A stretch of DNA of 64,000 nucleotides from Armatimonadota bacterium (GTDB taxonomy: Bacteria; Armatimonadota; HRBIN16): NCBI GenBank assembly GCA_963677485.1, contig OY781964.1:4320001-4384000 (forward strand), written 5' to 3'. The position numbers and the translations under genes were made by a program. The notes beneath the pieces were generated by a model. It was not told the DNA's origin. It saw only the letters and a list, made by a program, of their open reading frames with translations, and did not search any database. Shown here in pieces: positions 37,866 to 47,800 of this stretch (its first letter is position 1; each line of letters starts with the position of its first letter).

Positions 37866-39899
37866 GTGAACCCTTTCAATATAGCTTGGTTAGTGATTGC
37901 CCTGCCACTGCTCGGGTTCCTTTTTCACGCCTTCTTTGGGAAGATGGTCGGAAAAAGGATCGTGGGCATTGTAGGGAGCCTATTGGTTTTTGGCTCCTTC
38001 GGCATTGGCTTGCATCTGTTATCTTTGCTACTGCAGCGACCGGATCACGATCGGCAGGTAATATCTACCATGGCCGACTGGATCACGGTAGGGAAGTTTC
38101 ATATACCTTTTGAACTGCTGATTGACCCGCTTTCATTACTCATGGTGCTGATTGTCACCGGCGTGGGCGGATTGATACATGTCTATTCCACCGGCTATAT
38201 GGCTGATGACCAGGATTATGCCAGGTTCTTTACATACCTGAACCTGTTCATTTCGATGATGTTGACATTGGTATTAGCGAATAACCTGGTCTTGATGTTC
38301 GTCGGCTGGGAGGGTGTAGGGCTGTGTTCATACCTTCTGATCGGTTTTTGGTATAACCATAAAGCGAATGCATTAGCCGCAAATAAGGCCTTTATCGTCA
38401 ACCGTGTCGGTGACTTTGGCTTCATGCTGGCCATATTCGTCGCCTTCACGATGTTTGGCACCGTCTCATTCATCGGAACGAATGGCCAGGAAGGCATGTT
38501 TGCCAAGGCACTTTCGATGAACGCAGCTGGAGCATTGAGCGTGTCCGGCATTACAGCACTTGCGTTACTGATGTTCTTTGGTGCCACTGGCAAGAGTGCG
38601 CAGTTCCCTCTATACTTCTGGTTGCCTGACGCCATGGCAGGCCCAACGCCTGTTTCTGCACTAATCCATGCTGCCACTATGGTGACGGCTGGTGTGGTGT
38701 TGGTGACACGCTGCCACGTGTTCTTCTTGTTGGCACCAACCGCGATGATGACGGTAGCCATCATCGGCGCGTTCACCGCAGTGTTCGCTGCTTCCATCGC
38801 AATCTGCCAGAACGACATCAAGAAGGTGCTGGCATATTCCACCGTCAGCCAGATAGGATATATGTTCCTGGCTTGCGGAGTGGGTGCGTTTGCGACTGGT
38901 ATGTTCCATGTGACCACGCACGCCTTCTTTAAGGCTTTGCTGTTCCTTGGGGCCGGTGCCGTGATTTACTCGATGCATCACCAGCAGGACATGCGGGTTT
39001 ATGGCGGTCTCAAGACGAAGTTAAAAATCACTTTTACGACCATGATGTGCGGCTGGCTGGCGATTTGCGGGATACCGCCTTTCGCTGGATTCTTCTCTAA
39101 AGATGAAATCCTGGCGAAAGTATACGGCAGCCACGTCGCCGGTTTCGGCAATGTGGCGGTGATTCTGTGGGCTGTGGGCTTGATTACCGCGGTCATGACC
39201 GCGTTCTATATGACACGCCTGATGTCACTGACTTTCTTCGGCGAACCCCGTTGGAATGATAAGTTTGCCGAGGTGCCTGTAGATGACAGTCACGACGCGA
39301 GCCACGACCATCATGCAGCCGAGGAGCCGAAGGATGCGCCGATGTCTATGATGGTACCGCTGATGATACTGGCGGTGTTATCTGTGGTCGGCGGCTTCAT
39401 GGGCGGTTTTGCTCTGTTCAACATACCGAATCTGTTCGAGGCTTTCCTGGAGCCATCTGCTGCCAGTCCAGAGCTGATGGGGGGGCTTGCTGCCCATCTT
39501 TCCCATAACGTGGAGCTGGCACTAGTGATGGCATCCATCATTGGGGCTGTTTTGGGGCTGATGATCGGCTTAGCCAGATACAAGGGTGTGCCTACCAACG
39601 AGCGCGAAACCAAGGGGCTGCGCGGTTGGGCGGCACGGCAGTATGGCTACGACAACCTGATCACCAATACCCTCGGCTGTAAGCTTGGCAACGGGATCGG
39701 AAATATCATGTGGCAGTGGGTAGATGCAACCATCATCGACGGTGCTGTGAATGGTATTGGTTTGGTCATATCGTGGGTTGGAGAGCAGGTTCGCAAACTG
39801 CAAAATGGGCGTATTCGTGACTATGCCATGGCCATGATGATTGGGGCCGTCGTATTGCTGCTGTGGATACTTATCTCGGGCAGCCGTGTGGGGTTATAA
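37866..39899 (+). CDS. nuoL: NADH-quinone oxidoreductase subunit L
   Basis: GWEGVGLCSYLLIGFW, GKSAQFPL.WLPDAMAGPTPVSALIHAATMV, HAFFKALLFL and IDGAVNG. Confidence 0.96.
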   Translation: MNPFNIAWLVIALPLLGFLFHAFFGKMVGKRIVGIVGSLLVFGSFGIGLHLLSLLLQRPDHDRQVISTMADWITVGKFHIPFELLIDPLSLLMVLIVTGVGGLIHVYSTGYMADDQDYARFFTYLNLFISMMLTLVLANNLVLMFVGWEGVGLCSYLLIGFWYNHKANALAANKAFIVNRVGDFGFMLAIFVAFTMFGTVSFIGTNGQEGMFAKALSMNAAGALSVSGITALALLMFFGATGKSAQFPLYFWLPDAMAGPTPVSALIHAATMVTAGVVLVTRCHVFFLLAPTAMMTVAIIGAFTAVFAASIAICQNDIKKVLAYSTVSQIGYMFLACGVGAFATGMFHVTTHAFFKALLFLGAGAVIYSMHHQQDMRVYGGLKTKLKITFTTMMCGWLAICGIPPFAGFFSKDEILAKVYGSHVAGFGNVAVILWAVGLITAVMTAFYMTRLMSLTFFGEPRWNDKFAEVPVDDSHDASHDHHAAEEPKDAPMSMMVPLMILAVLSVVGGFMGGFALFNIPNLFEAFLEPSAASPELMGGLAAHLSHNVELALVMASIIGAVLGLMIGLARYKGVPTNERETKGLRGWAARQYGYDNLITNTLGCKLGNGIGNIMWQWVDATIIDGAVNGIGLVISWVGEQVRKLQNGRIRDYAMAMMIGAVVLLLWILISGSRVGL

Positions 39900-39935
39900 C
39901 CATGAAGGCTTTTGAAAGGAGTTCACAGCAAGATC

Positions 39936-41492
39936 ATGCTTGATAATAGATCAATCATAACCGCCCTTACCTTTCTGCCGCTGGTTTTTGCCCTGCTGGT
40001 GTTGGTAGTGCCAAACGAGCAGGTGAAGGGGATTCGTACCGTAGCCATGCTGGGCACCGTGGCCAATTTCGTGCTCAGTATTTTGATGCTGATAGGATTC
40101 GATGGGAATACGGCGCGGATGCAGTTCCAACAGTCGGTGCCATGGATACCCAACTTTGGTATTAACTACCATGTTGGAATTGACGGCATCAGCCTCTGGC
40201 TGATAATGTTGACGACCTTCCTGTCGGTCATAGTGGTTGGCTTCTCGTTTAACATCAAGGTCAGAGTTAAAGAGTATATGTTCTTCATGCTGTTGTTACA
40301 GACGGGCATGATCGGCGTGTTTGTTTCCCTTGACTTGATCCTGTTTTACCTCTTCTGGGAAGCGATGCTGATCCCGATGTATTTCTTGATCGGTATCTGG
40401 GGTGGGGAACGACGCATCTACGCCTCGCTGAAGTTCTTCCTGTACACCTTCTTCGGAAGCGTGTTGATGTTGATAGCCATCATCAGTTTGTACAATCTGA
40501 CGGGCGCCAGAACATTTGATCTGGTGGAGATACAAAACCAGCTCGCGACTCAGGGGTTGCCTCATGCCCAGGAAATGTGGCTGTTCGCCGCCTTTGCACT
40601 CGCCTTTGCTATCAAAGTTCCTATGTTTCCCTTCCATACATGGCTGCCAGATGCTCACGTTGAGGCTCCAACGGCTGGATCTGTGATCCTGGCCGGTGTG
40701 CTGCTCAAGATGGGCACCTATGGCTTCATGCGCTTCTGTCTACCACTCTTCCCTGATGCCTCACAGGCGGCGGCAGGAGTGATCATGACCATTGCTGTGA
40801 TTGGGATCATCTATGGAGCGATAGTGGCCACCGTTCAGCCTGATATGAAGAAGCTGGTCGCCTACTCCTCAGTCAGCCACCTTGGGTTTGTGATGCTTGG
40901 TCTGTTTGCTCTGAATGAGCAGGGACTGACGGGCAGCCTGATACAACAGGTCAACCATGGTATCAGCACTGGCGCTTTATTCCTTCTGGTTGGATTTGTA
41001 TACGAACGACGCCACACCAGAATGATCGAAGACTATGGCGGGCTGAAGCGCGTGATGCCGTTATACGCGGCCTGCTTCATGATCATCATGTTGAGCTCCA
41101 TCGGTTTGCCCGGCACGAACGGCTTTATCGGCGAGATACTGTGTCTGCTGGGCGGGTTCCAAGCCAACTCTGTGCTTGGTATACTGGGTGCCACCGGTTT
41201 GGTGTTGGGTGCAGTCTACATGCTGTGGATGTTCCAGCGCGTGTTTTACGGCAAGGCTGAAGGGGCGAACTTGAAGATGAAAGACCTGAACTATGGCGAA
41301 CTGGCTATGATCATTCCACTCATCATCATGGTGTTTTGGATTGGACTCCGGCCAGGTTACTTCATCGACAAGATGCGTCCATCGATCAATAACATGATCA
41401 TGCAGAAAGAAAAGCGCATTGACGCCACATGGAAGAGCCTTGAATCATCGATGCCATCCGGTACTCCAAAAGATACGGAGGTGGCCAATTGA
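39936..41492 (+). CDS. nuoM: NADH-quinone oxidoreductase subunit M
   Basis: FWEAMLIPMY, HTWLPDAHVEAPTAGSVILAGVLLKMG and AYSSVSHLG. Confidence 0.96.
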   Translation: MLDNRSIITALTFLPLVFALLVLVVPNEQVKGIRTVAMLGTVANFVLSILMLIGFDGNTARMQFQQSVPWIPNFGINYHVGIDGISLWLIMLTTFLSVIVVGFSFNIKVRVKEYMFFMLLLQTGMIGVFVSLDLILFYLFWEAMLIPMYFLIGIWGGERRIYASLKFFLYTFFGSVLMLIAIISLYNLTGARTFDLVEIQNQLATQGLPHAQEMWLFAAFALAFAIKVPMFPFHTWLPDAHVEAPTAGSVILAGVLLKMGTYGFMRFCLPLFPDASQAAAGVIMTIAVIGIIYGAIVATVQPDMKKLVAYSSVSHLGFVMLGLFALNEQGLTGSLIQQVNHGISTGALFLLVGFVYERRHTRMIEDYGGLKRVMPLYAACFMIIMLSSIGLPGTNGFIGEILCLLGGFQANSVLGILGATGLVLGAVYMLWMFQRVFYGKAEGANLKMKDLNYGELAMIIPLIIMVFWIGLRPGYFIDKMRPSINNMIMQKEKRIDATWKSLESSMPSGTPKDTEVAN

Positions 41493-42985
41493 AAACTCCT
41501 GCTGTGGACTGGGCTACTATTTCACCAGAGGTCGTGCTGTCCGTATTCGCCATGGTTGTGTTATTGATGGGCACCACCATCAAAAAGGCGTATCGCAATG
41601 TATTACTGACCATCGTCAGTGCTATTGGTGTGCTTACGACGGCCTACCTCACCATCCGACTGTGGACTAAAGAATACTCACCCGGGTTTGATGGCACCTT
41701 CAACCTTGACCAATTCGCGATTGCGATGACGGTCATCATACTCTTGGCGACGTTCATTGCCGTGTTGATGGCACATCCCTACATGACCCGAAAAAACAGC
41801 GATGTGCCCGAATACTATGCGCTGCTATTGCTTAGTTCCGTGGGTGGTCTAGTGATGGTCAGCAGCACCAACCTGATGGTGATTTTCATCGGGTTGGAAA
41901 TACTGTCTATTTCAATGTATGTTCTGGCTGGGTTGAGCCGCACTGAGCCGAAGTCAGAAGAGGCCGCTCTGAAATACTTCCTTTTAGGAGCATTTGCCTC
42001 CGGCTTTTTGATCTATGGCATCGCGATGCTTTACGGAGCATGCGGCACGGTGGACCTGCATCTGCTGCGCGGTGTGATGAATGGACCCATGGCTGATCCC
42101 GGGTATCGCGGGTTATTATTCATGGCTGGATGCGCATTTGTGCTGGTAGGGCTTGGCTTCAAGGCTGCATTGGTGCCATTTCAAATGTGGACACCCGATG
42201 TGTATGAAGGAGCACCGACCTCTGCGGCAGCCTATCTGGCCTCTGCGGCGAAAGCCTGTGCGTTTGCTGTGCTCTTTAGGTTTGTTCTGGCGACCATCGG
42301 CTTCGGCGTGGCTTCGCAGGTCATACTGGGGATATTAGCCATCCTGGCCATGATCACGATGACTGTGGGCAACGTGGTTGCTCTACGGCAGACCAGTATC
42401 AAGCGGATGCTGGCTTACTCGAGTATCGCCCACGCGGGTTATCTGGCGGTCGGTGTGGCGGCGACTCAGAGTGCAGCACAGATCAGCGCGCCTGCCATCT
42501 TGTTCTATATGGGTGCTTACACGCTGATGACCATGGGTGCCTTTGCTGTGGCGTCGATGTTGTTCCATGACGGACAGGAGACCAGCGAGATCACCGATTT
42601 AGCCGGTCTCTACAAGAGGAATGCGGCGCTGGCTGCTGCGATGAGCATATTTATGTTCTCGCTGGCCGGTATACCTGGCACTGCAGGATTCATGGGCAAG
42701 TTCATGCTGTTCCAGTCCGCACTTTCTGTGCCGGGCATCGGTCTGGTGATGGCGATCACCTTGGCGGTCAACAGCGTGATCTCGGCGTATTACTATCTGA
42801 GGGTCATCGTCACGATGTACTTCCAGGAAAGCGATCGACCCGCCTTTAAGGTAGCTGGGTTTGGGGTGTCGCTTGCTGTCTTGATCTGTGTGGTCTGCAC
42901 CATATTCTTTGGTTTGTATCCAATACCCCTCAACTACCTGCAGGAAATCGGCCGACAGATTGCATCGAGTACCACTGCGTTCTAG
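41489..42985 (+). CDS. nuoN: NADH-quinone oxidoreductase subunit N
   Basis: EAALKYFLLG, FKAALVPFQMWTPDVYEGAP, KRMLAYSSIAHAGY and SLAGIP; TTG start. Confidence 0.96.
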   Translation: MKTPAVDWATISPEVVLSVFAMVVLLMGTTIKKAYRNVLLTIVSAIGVLTTAYLTIRLWTKEYSPGFDGTFNLDQFAIAMTVIILLATFIAVLMAHPYMTRKNSDVPEYYALLLLSSVGGLVMVSSTNLMVIFIGLEILSISMYVLAGLSRTEPKSEEAALKYFLLGAFASGFLIYGIAMLYGACGTVDLHLLRGVMNGPMADPGYRGLLFMAGCAFVLVGLGFKAALVPFQMWTPDVYEGAPTSAAAYLASAAKACAFAVLFRFVLATIGFGVASQVILGILAILAMITMTVGNVVALRQTSIKRMLAYSSIAHAGYLAVGVAATQSAAQISAPAILFYMGAYTLMTMGAFAVASMLFHDGQETSEITDLAGLYKRNAALAAAMSIFMFSLAGIPGTAGFMGKFMLFQSALSVPGIGLVMAITLAVNSVISAYYYLRVIVTMYFQESDRPAFKVAGFGVSLAVLICVVCTIFFGLYPIPLNYLQEIGRQIASSTTAF

Positions 42986-43017
42986 GTACACAATGATTAT
43001 ATTGTATGTAATCGGTC

Positions 43018-43098
43018 GTCGTGGTGTCCCTTGTGGGCGCCCTTAACAAGAACTATCGAATGAATAACGGTTAAGGCGCCCACAAGGGACGCCCCTAC
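43018..43098. repeat. REP-type inverted doublet (REPIN-like)
   Basis: gtcgtggtgtcccttgtgggcgccc (left) and ggcgcccacaagggacgcccctac (right). The reverse complement of the right copy is GTAGGGGCGTCCCTTGTGGGCGCC, a GTAG-headed REP. Confidence 0.75.
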
Positions 43099-43130
43099 GA
43101 TAATATCCGTTTGAAAAGCGGTGCTAACCC

Positions 43131-43171
43131 AAAAAAGCCCCTCCGAATCTAACTGCTTCGGAGGGGCTTTT
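43131..43171. terminator. Bidirectional intrinsic terminator between nuoN and the ABC ATPase gene
   Basis: AAAAAAgcccctccgaa-loop-ttcggaggggcTTTT. Confidence 0.88.
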
Positions 43172-43184
43172 CGTAGAGTCTATA

Positions 43185-44312
43185 TTAGCCTTCGGAGTGG
43201 GTGCGCTGGCTCAGCACTACTTCGAGAGCCTTTGTTGTCTCTGTATCGAACAGATGGCACTTCGTGAGATCGAAACATACACTTGTGGTGTCGCCGACCT
43301 TGACAATGGCATCTGTGCTGAGGTTCGCCACCAGGGTATTGGTGACAGCCTTAGCGGTGAAGTATACAGTGAGATTGCTGCCCATGGGCTCCACGACATC
43401 GACATTCATCGATATGGTGTTAGGTGAGCCGGCGGGTGCAAGTTCGATATCTTCTGGACGCACACCGAATTGCAGCTTCTTGCCAACATAGTTGGAAAGG
43501 GCTGGCCATCGGTCGGTGGGCAGTACGAGGCTGGAACCGCCTGCGTTCAGAACCATATTTGAACCGCTCTTCTCAAGAGTACCTTCCATGAAGTTCATGG
43601 GAGGGGTACCGATGAAGCCTGCTACAAAGATGTTGGCAGGGTAGCGGTAGATATTCATAGGAGTATCGCACTGCTGGAGCAGACCATCCTTCATGACCAC
43701 AATGCGGTCGCCCATGGTCATCGCTTCCACCTGGTCGTGTGTGACGTAGATGGTGGTGATGCCAAGACGGCGCTGCAGTTTCGTGATCTCGGCGCGGGTC
43801 TGAACACGCAGTTTAGCGTCCAAGTTAGAGAGTGGTTCGTCCATGAGGAAGACCTGCGGTTCGCGCACAATGGCGCGGCCGAGGGCGACACGCTGTCGCT
43901 GACCACCGGAGAGTTGCTTCGGCTTGCGGTCGAGAAGGTTCTCGAGACCGAGCAGCTGGGCAGACTCTTGCACACGGGCGTCGATCTTGTCTTTTGGGAA
44001 CTTGCGCATACGCAGAGCGAATGCCATGTTCTCGTAGACCGACATGTGTGGGTAGAGCGCGTAGTTCTGGAAGACCATTGCGATGTCGCGGTCTTTAGGT
44101 GCCACATCGGTGACGTCATGCTCGCCGATGAGGATCGAACCAGAGGTGGTTTCTTCAAGGCCGGCGATCATACGCAGCGCGGTGGTTTTACCGCATCCGG
44201 ATGGGCCGACGAGTACGAGGAACTCTTTGTCGTAAATCTCAAGACTGAGATCGTTGACCGCTACGACGGCTTTAAACGTCTTGGTTAGATTGCGAAGGGT
44301 GACAGATGCCAC
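43185..44312 (-). CDS. Sugar ABC transporter ATP-binding protein (MsmX/MalK/UgpC family), stand-alone
   Basis: [42 protein letters not shown] and a C-terminal TOBE domain. Confidence 0.95.
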   Translation of the reverse strand: MASVTLRNLTKTFKAVVAVNDLSLEIYDKEFLVLVGPSGCGKTTALRMIAGLEETTSGSILIGEHDVTDVAPKDRDIAMVFQNYALYPHMSVYENMAFALRMRKFPKDKIDARVQESAQLLGLENLLDRKPKQLSGGQRQRVALGRAIVREPQVFLMDEPLSNLDAKLRVQTRAEITKLQRRLGITTIYVTHDQVEAMTMGDRIVVMKDGLLQQCDTPMNIYRYPANIFVAGFIGTPPMNFMEGTLEKSGSNMVLNAGGSSLVLPTDRWPALSNYVGKKLQFGVRPEDIELAPAGSPNTISMNVDVVEPMGSNLTVYFTAKAVTNTLVANLSTDAIVKVGDTTSVCFDLTKCHLFDTETTKALEVVLSQRTHSEG

Positions 44313-44360
44313 AACTTACCCCCTAAGTATTATGTGAGTGTGGTGATAAACCCCATAGAC

Positions 44361-44389
44361 ATCTTACGCTACCAGCCTTGCGGTGTCAA
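44361..44389 (-). promoter_or_regulatory. Sigma70-type promoter for the ABC ATPase
   Basis: Minus strand TTGACA (44389-44384), 17-bp spacer, TAAGAT (44366-44361). Confidence 0.7.
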
Positions 44390-44697
44390 ACTGGAGGGGG
44401 TGGGGGCTAACGATGGTGTAGGATACCGGGCACCTTATCATGCTTCGTAGGTAATATGCCACATAATAAAGGTATATTATCGACAGATGATACTCTCTGT
44501 TCGCATGTATGGCCATAGACCTCAAAAGACGCGACCGCTCCTTCGATTAAGCTACATGCCTTATGTATGCGAGCGTACACACTGACTATGATATTCTGAT
44601 TTTCTTTCAACGATACGAACTAGTAAAGATCCTTACTGTTCAATTATAAACAGAGTAAAAAATAACTCCTCGAATCTGAGAAATATCCTAAAAAGGG

Positions 44698-44726
44698 TTG
44701 ACATGTCTGTGACGACACCGCATAAT
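44698..44726 (+). promoter_or_regulatory. Sigma70-type promoter for the large surface protein
   Basis: TTGACA (44698-44703), 17-bp spacer, CATAAT (44721-44726), with A-rich upstream sequence. Confidence 0.75.
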
Positions 44727-44815
44727 AGGGTTAGTAGCTCATGGTAATTCGGTGTGTATAAACCATGATGTTTATACACGAGCTTCATTGGGCATCCCAC
44801 GAAGGAGAAATACCC

Positions 44816-47800
44816 ATGTCACGTTTACGTCTGTTAACATCACCAGTATGGCTTTCCCTGCTCGCACTACTAGCAATAGCACAGTCATCAGTCGCCGCTG
44901 TCGCACCTCCTGACGTCACCTCATTCGCTCCTGCGAGTGCCTATGAAGGCGAATATGGTCATACAATAACGATCACAGGCTCCAATTTCGCAGGAGCAAG
45001 CTCTGTAAACATTGGCGGACATCCTGCCAGCTTTCGAGTGGTCAGTGATACTATCATCAAAGCAGAGGTGCCGGTGTCGGCATATACATACTGGATCGTG
45101 GTGACCACCCCTGGTGGCATAGGTTACAGTAAAGATAACTTCGTCATCAAGCCCATCCCAGCCCCAACCATTACTTCTTTATCCCCAACTAGTGCTTACG
45201 TAGGGGAAGTCGGGCAAACTGTCACCATTACAGGCACGAACTTCAAAGGCGTCACTACGACCAAGAAGTTTTCTGGCACAACTGCTGTGACCATTGGTGG
45301 TCAGAATGCCAATTTTACCGTGGTAAATGCAACAACTATTAAAGCGATTGTTCCTGCCTCCGCCAGTACTTACTGGATCACCGTTACCACCTCAGGTGGC
45401 ACCGCCTATAGTATAGATAACTTTGTTATAAATCCTGTAGCAATACCTTCTATATCGTCATTCTCACCTGTGAGTTCCTATGCAGGCGAAAGTGGGAGCA
45501 AAGTAACGATCAACGGACAGAACTTCAAGGGAACAGGAACGGTCAACGGCCTATTTAAGGTGACATCCGTTCTGATCGGCGGCAGCCCTGCCAGCTTCAA
45601 CGTCGTGAATGACACCACCATTATGGCAGTCGTTCCTGAGAACGTTATGTATCCTATCTACCCCATTTCGGTTGCCAACTCTGGTGGGACTGGATACAGC
45701 AAAGACAACTACACTGTGATGTCTGTGCCAGTACCAACCATCACTTCATTCACTCCCACGTATTCATGCGTCGGTGAAACTAGATGTAAAGTGAGTATCA
45801 CGGGCACGAATTTTAAGGGTAAAGGGTCACTTAAGGGGCTCATCACCACAAGCTCAGTTATGATCGGCGGCACATCAGCGAGCTTCAAGGTAGTCAACGA
45901 CACGTCCATCACGGCTGTAGTGCCAGTCGTAGTCGCCTACGCAGCTTACCCAATCACCGTCACCACCAATGGTGGTACCGCATATAGTAACGACAACTTT
46001 ATTGTGAAGCCGATTCCGGCTCCGACCATTACGTCCTTCTCTCCCTCCTCTGGAGGAGTCGGAGACACGGTCACCATTACCGGCACGAACTTCAACGGGA
46101 TTAGCGCTGCCAGTGATGATTTCACTGGTACATCGATGGTTAAGATTGGCGGTACTCCCACTAGCTTTACTGTGGTGAGTGATACATCGATCACTGCTAA
46201 AGTGCCAGCCAACGCAGCGTATCCTATTTACCAAATCTCAGTTGCCACCTCAGGCGGCACAGTCTTTAGTGCGAGCAACTTCACAATCAACACTTTGGTT
46301 CCTCCGGTCATCACATCCTTCTTTCCGACCAAGGGCAAAGCTGGTGATGTTGTTACCATAACAGGCAAGAATTTCGCGGAGACCACATCTGTGAAGTTCA
46401 ACGGCCTAGCGGCTTCTACATTCACTGTCGTAAGTGCCACTTCTATCACTGCCACGGTTCCCGATGACGCGACCTCTGGCAAGATATCAGTCACTACGCC
46501 CGGTGGAACCGCCACGAGTGCGTCGAACTTCACTGTGCTTTACACGCCTACGATTACCTCCTTCTCGCCAATATCGGGAAAAGTAGGGGATATCGTGACG
46601 ATAACTGGCACGAACTTCACAGGTGCGACAGGTGTGAAGTTCAACGGCTTATCGGCTGTCACATTCACGGTCGTAAGTGCCACTTCCACATCTGCCACGG
46701 TTCCCGATGGCGCGACTACTGGCAAAATTACCGTCACCACGCCAGGCGGAACAGCTACCAGTGCAGATGACTTCACGGTATACCAACTGCCTACCATCAG
46801 TTTATTTGCGCCAGACAGTGGCAAGGTCGGTGATGTGGTCACAGTTACTGGCACCTACCTCTTGGGTTCGAGTGAAGTAACCTTCAATGGTTTGTCGGCT
46901 GATGCATTCACAGTCGTAAGTGCCACGTCCATCACTGCAACTGTGCCTACCGGAGCGACCACAGGCAAGATTGCCGTCACTACACCAGGCGGCACAGCTA
47001 CGAGCGCAGATGACTTCACAGTCAATGCAGCATTCGTCTACACTTGGCACAGGTATGGTAGTAGCGAATATGCCCTTACATCCTCTAGAACTCTCTGGTG
47101 GGACAATGAAGCTGAGGCCGTCAGTGTAGGTGGTCACTTGGTGACGATCGAATCTGCCGATGAAAACAGATGGTTGGCAGATACGTTCGCAAACATTTAT
47201 TGCATCGGCTACGATGGTATTCAAGGGGGTGCCATCGCACAGATCGGTTATTACCATGACGAACAGACAGGTAACTGGGAGTGGGTTAGCGGAAAACCTG
47301 TGGGATATAGAAACCTCTACGCGATGTTTCCTCAAGGAGGAGCACTCGGTTACATGCATGTCCGTCCTCATCCTGACACGACGTACTCATGGAATGCAAA
47401 CCCTGAGCATACGGTAGGAGAGAATCTTGCTTACGGTATCATTGAACGCCCGAGCAGCTCAATCCCTTCGATTATCTCGTTCTCACCGACAAATGGAAAA
47501 CCCAGCGATGTAGTCACCATCATTGGTAGGTTCCTGTCCGAAGCATATGCCGTATCATTCAATGGAGTATCGGCGAATTTTACTGTGAACAGCGATACAT
47601 CAATCTCAGCCACGGTACCCAGCGGAGCTTTGACAGGCAAGATATCGGTCAGCGCTCCAGGTAATGTAGCAATAAGCGCAGATGATTTTACCGTCCTCCA
47701 GTCGGGAGCCATCGCTATTGCAGCAGGTAACCAACATACTGTAGAACTCAGCAGTGATGGCTATTTGAAATTCTGGGGTGAAAACAACTACGGCCAGTGC

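Noticed and set aside
44407-44610. 67-aa ORF in the divergent promoter region
   Set aside because: No RBS or motif support; the region is better explained as intergenic DNA between two promoters.
47030-47450. C-type lectin domain as a possible diversity-generating retroelement target
   Set aside because: The domain is internal rather than C-terminal, and no reverse transcriptase or adenine-variant template repeat was seen in the window.
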